DNA of 64,000 nucleotides, from the NCBI GenBank assembly GCA_951406725.2, contig OX597814.1, positions 104,222,001 to 104,286,000 of the forward strand, written 5' to 3'. Under the pieces are notes generated by a model, which saw only the letters and a program-made list of their open reading frames with translations, searched no databases and was not told where the DNA came from. The position numbers and the translations under genes are program-made. This document shows, piece after piece, positions 60,601-64,000 of this stretch (its first letter is position 1; every line of letters starts with the position of its first letter). The stretch comes from Octopus vulgaris. Taxonomy: Eukaryota.

Positions 60601-62749
60601 AATTTAATACCTCGGAAATTGGGAACCAACACTACACTTGATATCCCCACTCCATACGCATACACACATGTATATCATGACTCATATACTGTTCACTTTC
60701 CTGACTTTTGTACATAGTTCTATGTACTGTACATGCACCTTTGATGAGTTGTAGTGCACCTGAGCACTATACACAATAATTTCATTATTATTATTATTAA
60801 TTTAGTAATGAATTAAAGAGACTAATTAGTTTTATTTCACTACCTTGAGAGGCAAAATAGCTCCCTGGACAGAATGCTCACGAGAAACAAGTGTTTTTGT
60901 TCCAATGGTTTCATGTGAGGAGTTGAAATGACAACTTTCAACCACCTCGCCCTCCACAATGGGCTTCGATACAGTCGCCAACTATTAAATCCATAAGATG
61001 TTGGTCAACCCGAGACAGTAATAGACAATGTTCTAAGTGTTGCACAAAGGAACTGTACCCAAGACCAAGTGGTTGCAAAATAAACTTGATAACCACATAA
61101 TGGCAGGATTGTTAGAATGGCTGACTGGGCACCACTATTAAAATGTGGTGTTTTATCCTATTTATATGGTTTCTGTATGGAATATCATCAACATCATCAT
61201 CGTTTAGCGTCCGCTTTCCATGCTAGCATGGGTTGGACGGTTCAACTGGGGTCTGGGAAGCCAGAAGGCTGCACCAGGCCCAGTCTGATCTGGCAATGTT
61301 TCTATGGCTGGATGCCCTTCCTAACGCCAACCACTCCGTGAGTGTAGTGGGTGCTTTTTACGTGCCATATGAGGCTGGCAAACGACCACGATTGGATGGT
61401 TCTTTTTACGTGCCACCGGCATGGGGGCCAGGCGAGGCTGAATAAATATATTTTATTCTATTTCTTGAGTAAAAATCTATATTGATAAACCTGTCACTTA
61501 TAACTTAATTATAAGTATTATCACTAGACATAAATCTCAACTCAAGCTACACAAACGCCATAGTGAAATATATATATACGTCAAGGCGCTTGAAAGGACA
61601 TGTTGAATGTGCATGTATGTTGAAGATAAGTTTGTGTTCTATTTCACTGCTATTAAAAACAGTTTCATAATTGCAGAAGTAAATTTCATTAACAGGTTGG
61701 AAAGAAGTGAAGAAAGAGAAAATATTTACTACATTAGTTTATTTATGTACATTTAATATTTACAGTACATTTAGAAGTGAGGCAATTTGTCATAGAGAGT
61801 TACTACATAAATTTATTACTACCTAATTTAATTTCCCAAAAATCAGGGTTTTTATAACTGCTCATACCTGAATTCTAAGAACCGTATTTTGTGAAAGAAT
61901 TCTCTTTGACGAAAGTTTAGAATTCAAATATGGGCAGTAATTTTAACCAATGAGAAACTAACAATTATACTTGTTCAGGCAACATGACCATTACGTCATA
62001 TTTCCGCCTTTAACAACTTGCTTGCTACAACCACATAGTTGTGTGCCTGTACCCAGAATATACACACAGATTTTCGTGTGTCTAAGAACGGCCGTTTTCA
62101 TTTTGTATCTTCACATGTCACCACCACCTGAGCAAAATAAAACAGTGATGACATGATTTTCCTTGTAGACAACACATCCTGTTGTTCTACACTTTCAAAA
62201 ACACAGGTAAAAACAAAACAAGTGTTGGTGACAGGAAGGGTGCCCTGCTACAAGATTCTGCTTCAAGTCTTTGTCCAACTCACTCTGGCAGGGGGAAAAA
62301 AATAAACAAAATAGAAAAGAATCAACGATGCTCCCCTTCACCACAGCCTTCCTCACTTTTGTTCTTCATGGCAGAAGAAAGTTGATTTTACCCGATTATC
62401 TGCAAGGAATCACTTCCCAAACCTGCCTAATCACTAAGCTACATACAAAGTGGTTACTCGTGTTGTAAACTAACAATCTCATTAATTAATGTCCCATACG
62501 AAGTTATTAATTAATTAGTATGTCCCACTTTTCACACATATTAAAAGAATTATCAACTGAGAAACATCATCATCATCATCGTTTAACGTCCGCTTTCCAT
62601 GCTAGCATGGGTTGGACGTTAAACAAGAAATAATAAATGAAAACAATTGGCAAATATTAATTAGTTCCATTAATTGAATGAAACTTACTTTTGTGTGTTA
62701 CTGGATTCTTTTTGGCTTCTTTCTTTATCTTTCGTCTGTGTTCTTTAGC
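36665..62749 (-). CDS. GNL3: GNL3/GNL3L (nucleostemin-family) nucleolar GTPase, 5'-partial, 15 coding exons, 594 aa in window
   Basis: Join (minus): 62689-62749, 60101-60183, 57680-57799, 56702-56809, 53676-53811, 52378-52481, 49647-49788, 48558-48645, 47013-47124, 46136-46201, 45082-45224, 43933-44063, 39841-40031, 38348-38522, 36665-36789 = 1785 nt, phases consistent. N-terminal [13 protein letters not shown]...[12 protein letters not shown], permuted G motifs [22 protein letters not shown], acidic tail ending DYEFDKHF*. Likely the single invertebrate co-orthologue of GNL3/GNL3L. Confidence 0.94.
38348..38522 (-). CDS. GNL3: GNL3 exon ([10 protein letters not shown]...[18 protein letters not shown])
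   Basis: tttcag / gtaagt, 175 nt. Confidence 0.88.
39841..40031 (-). CDS. GNL3: GNL3 exon ([16 protein letters not shown]...[26 protein letters not shown])
   Basis: tttcag / gtattt, 191 nt; acidic region. Confidence 0.87.
40078..40955 (+). mobile_element. RTE-clade LINE 3' fragment with modular 3' UTR
   Basis: [40 protein letters not shown] followed by repeated GCACGTAAAAAGCACC-type modules and (GAT)n tail. Confidence 0.85.
41371..41588. mobile_element. piggyBac-type MITE copy
   Basis: TTAA flanks; reverse orientation relative to 2088-2307. Confidence 0.8.
43655..43829. repeat. Tandem repeat, 3 copies of a ~57 bp unit
   Basis: CTCTTTATGGCTGTAGACCCTTCAATCAATCTTCAGGTCAGTCATCAATCATACAAA repeated three times. 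Confidence 0.9.
43933..44063 (-). CDS. GNL3: GNL3 exon ([43 protein letters not shown])
   Basis: tttcag / gtaagt, 131 nt. Confidence 0.94.
45082..45224 (-). CDS. GNL3: GNL3 exon ([47 protein letters not shown])
   Basis: tcatag / gtaacc, 143 nt. Confidence 0.94.
46136..46201 (-). CDS. GNL3: GNL3 exon ([22 protein letters not shown])
   Basis: tattag / gtaaga, 66 nt. Confidence 0.93.
47013..47124 (-). CDS. GNL3: GNL3 exon ([37 protein letters not shown])
   Basis: ccacag / gtttgt, 112 nt; G3 DSPG. Confidence 0.95.
48558..48645 (-). CDS. GNL3: GNL3 exon ([28 protein letters not shown])
   Basis: acccag / gtaagg, 88 nt; P-loop. Confidence 0.96.
49647..49788 (-). CDS. GNL3: GNL3 exon ([47 protein letters not shown])
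   Basis: atgtag / gtgagt, 142 nt. Confidence 0.93.
51862..52085. mobile_element. piggyBac-type MITE copy
   Basis: TTAA|CCC...AAAGGG|TTAA. Confidence 0.8.
52378..52481 (-). CDS. GNL3: GNL3 exon ([34 protein letters not shown])
   Basis: ttgtag / gtaagc, 104 nt. Confidence 0.95.
53676..53811 (-). CDS. GNL3: GNL3 exon ([22 protein letters not shown]...VLVLNKI)
   Basis: aaaaag / gtaagt, 136 nt; G5 and G4 motifs. Confidence 0.95.
56702..56809 (-). CDS. GNL3: GNL3 exon ([36 protein letters not shown])
   Basis: tttcag / gtaagt, 108 nt; this acceptor keeps frame. Confidence 0.87.
57680..57799 (-). CDS. GNL3: GNL3 exon ([40 protein letters not shown])
   Basis: taccag / gtgagt, 120 nt; coiled-coil region. 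Confidence 0.85.
60101..60183 (-). CDS. GNL3: GNL3 exon ([27 protein letters not shown])
   Basis: tttcag / gtacat, 83 nt. Confidence 0.93.
61480..62110 (-). mobile_element. 3' end of the same R4/Dong-like family
   Basis: Reverse-complement similarity to ~18240-18925; [11 protein letters not shown] resembles the QKTALLG...I terminus. Confidence 0.6.
62689..62749 (-). CDS. GNL3: GNL3 exon ([20 protein letters not shown])
   Basis: tttaag / gtaagt, 61 nt. Confidence 0.9.
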
Positions 62750-64000
62750 CTTAAAAAAAAACAAATAACAAAAACTAATCACAAGAAATTTACACAAAAG
62801 ATACATTTTAATATATATATTATCCTCATTGTTGCCGTTTAACATCCGCTTTCCCTGCTGGCATGGGTTGGACGGTTTGACTTAGGGCTGGCAAGCCAGA
62901 AGGCTGTACCAAGCTCCAGTCTGATCTGGTGAAGTCTCTACAACTGGATACCCTTCCTAACACCAACCACTCCAAGAGTGTAGTGGGTGCTAGTTACAAT
63001 GGTCAGCTAAACACTCTATCAGAAGCTGACTGGATAATGATAATCTATGTAGAGCTTTGACTCATTCAGGAGTTGTCATACATCTAACTGCACACATCAT
63101 CATTGTTTAACATCTGCTTTCCATGCTGGCATGGGTTGGACGGTTTGACTGAGGGCTGCACCAGGCTCCAATCTGATCTGGCAAGGTTTCTACAGCTGGA
63201 TGCCTTTCCTAATGCCAACCACTCTGAGAGTGTAGTGGGTACTTTTTACTTGTCACTGGCACAAGGGCCAGTCAGGCAACACTGGCATCGACCATGCTCA
63301 AATGGTGCTTTTCACACAAAAGCAAAAAGTTGCACAATGTTAATTATTAAATTAGCAATCTGTACAGGTCTCTCTCCTCTGTTTACGAACAGAGTGTTAT
63401 ACGAGGAGGGTGGAGAACATCCTGGGTTGTTACTGCTCTTAACAATGACTTTCACAAAAGCTTAGTTTCCATTCTTTGATCCATAAAAGAAATATTGTAT
63501 AAAGAATGGAATAAATACAATTTTGTTAGAATTATTGTCAAAGATTTAAGAACTATGAAGAATTATTTTTGTTAAATACACAGCAAAGCCACTACTCTTG
63601 TATAAACCAGGGATTCTGTGGTTGACCTACTAGAAATAGCAGTTGAATCTCCTTTAAATTACACTTACAGTCTTAAAACAGTAATCTACACTAGATAATG
63701 TAGTCCTTAACGAACAAAAAGACAGAATGGTCAAAGTATGAATGCCTCTGACTGTGGCTCCATTCAATCAAAGCTGACCTGAGTTGAAGCTACAAATTCT
63801 CTGGTCTCACTTCAAATAACTCAATGTTGGTCATTTTCACTTTTGACTGACCACAATTTTTAATTGAAGGGACTCATTTTTCATAATGGCCACCCCTTAC
63901 AAACCAAAATCACCATGGAATTAATGACAACATGACCTCTTAAATTCTACTTGTTTCAACCATTAGACTGTGGCCAAGCTGGGGCACTATCTTGAAGGGT

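Noticed and set aside
1-64000. Most of the short six-frame ORFs (e.g. [37 protein letters not shown]-type, YIYIYI-type)
   Set aside because: They are recurrent translations of LINE 3' UTRs, SINEs and microsatellites, not genes.

Overview
AT-rich, repeat-dense animal genomic DNA; the SINE/LINE families suggest an octopus-type cephalopod (inference). Three genes can be assembled by hand with GT-AG junctions and consistent phases. (1) A complete 11-exon BUD23/WBSCR22 18S rRNA m7G methyltransferase gene on the minus strand (26999->3229, 846 nt CDS, 281 aa). (2) An intronless DnaJ gene, most likely DNAJC30, on the plus strand (27213-28082), head-to-head with BUD23 with only 213 bp between the start codons, as at the human 7q11.23 locus. 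(3) The 3' 15 coding exons of a GNL3/GNL3L (nucleostemin-family) circularly permuted GTPase on the minus strand (62749->36665; first exons lie beyond the window). Introns and intergenic DNA hold RTE-LINE 3' ends, tRNA-derived SINEs, R4/Dong and CR1 fragments, piggyBac/hAT/Tc1-type MITEs and a Helitron-like element. The most striking non-coding signal is a set of type I hammerhead ribozymes with a minimal palindromic stem III and an 85-97 nt stem II; two of them sit in the arms of a ~590 bp inverted repeat (Penelope-like pseudo-LTR architecture). A short repeat family also carries a variant hammerhead-like core. Almost all other supplied ORFs are spurious readings of repeats.
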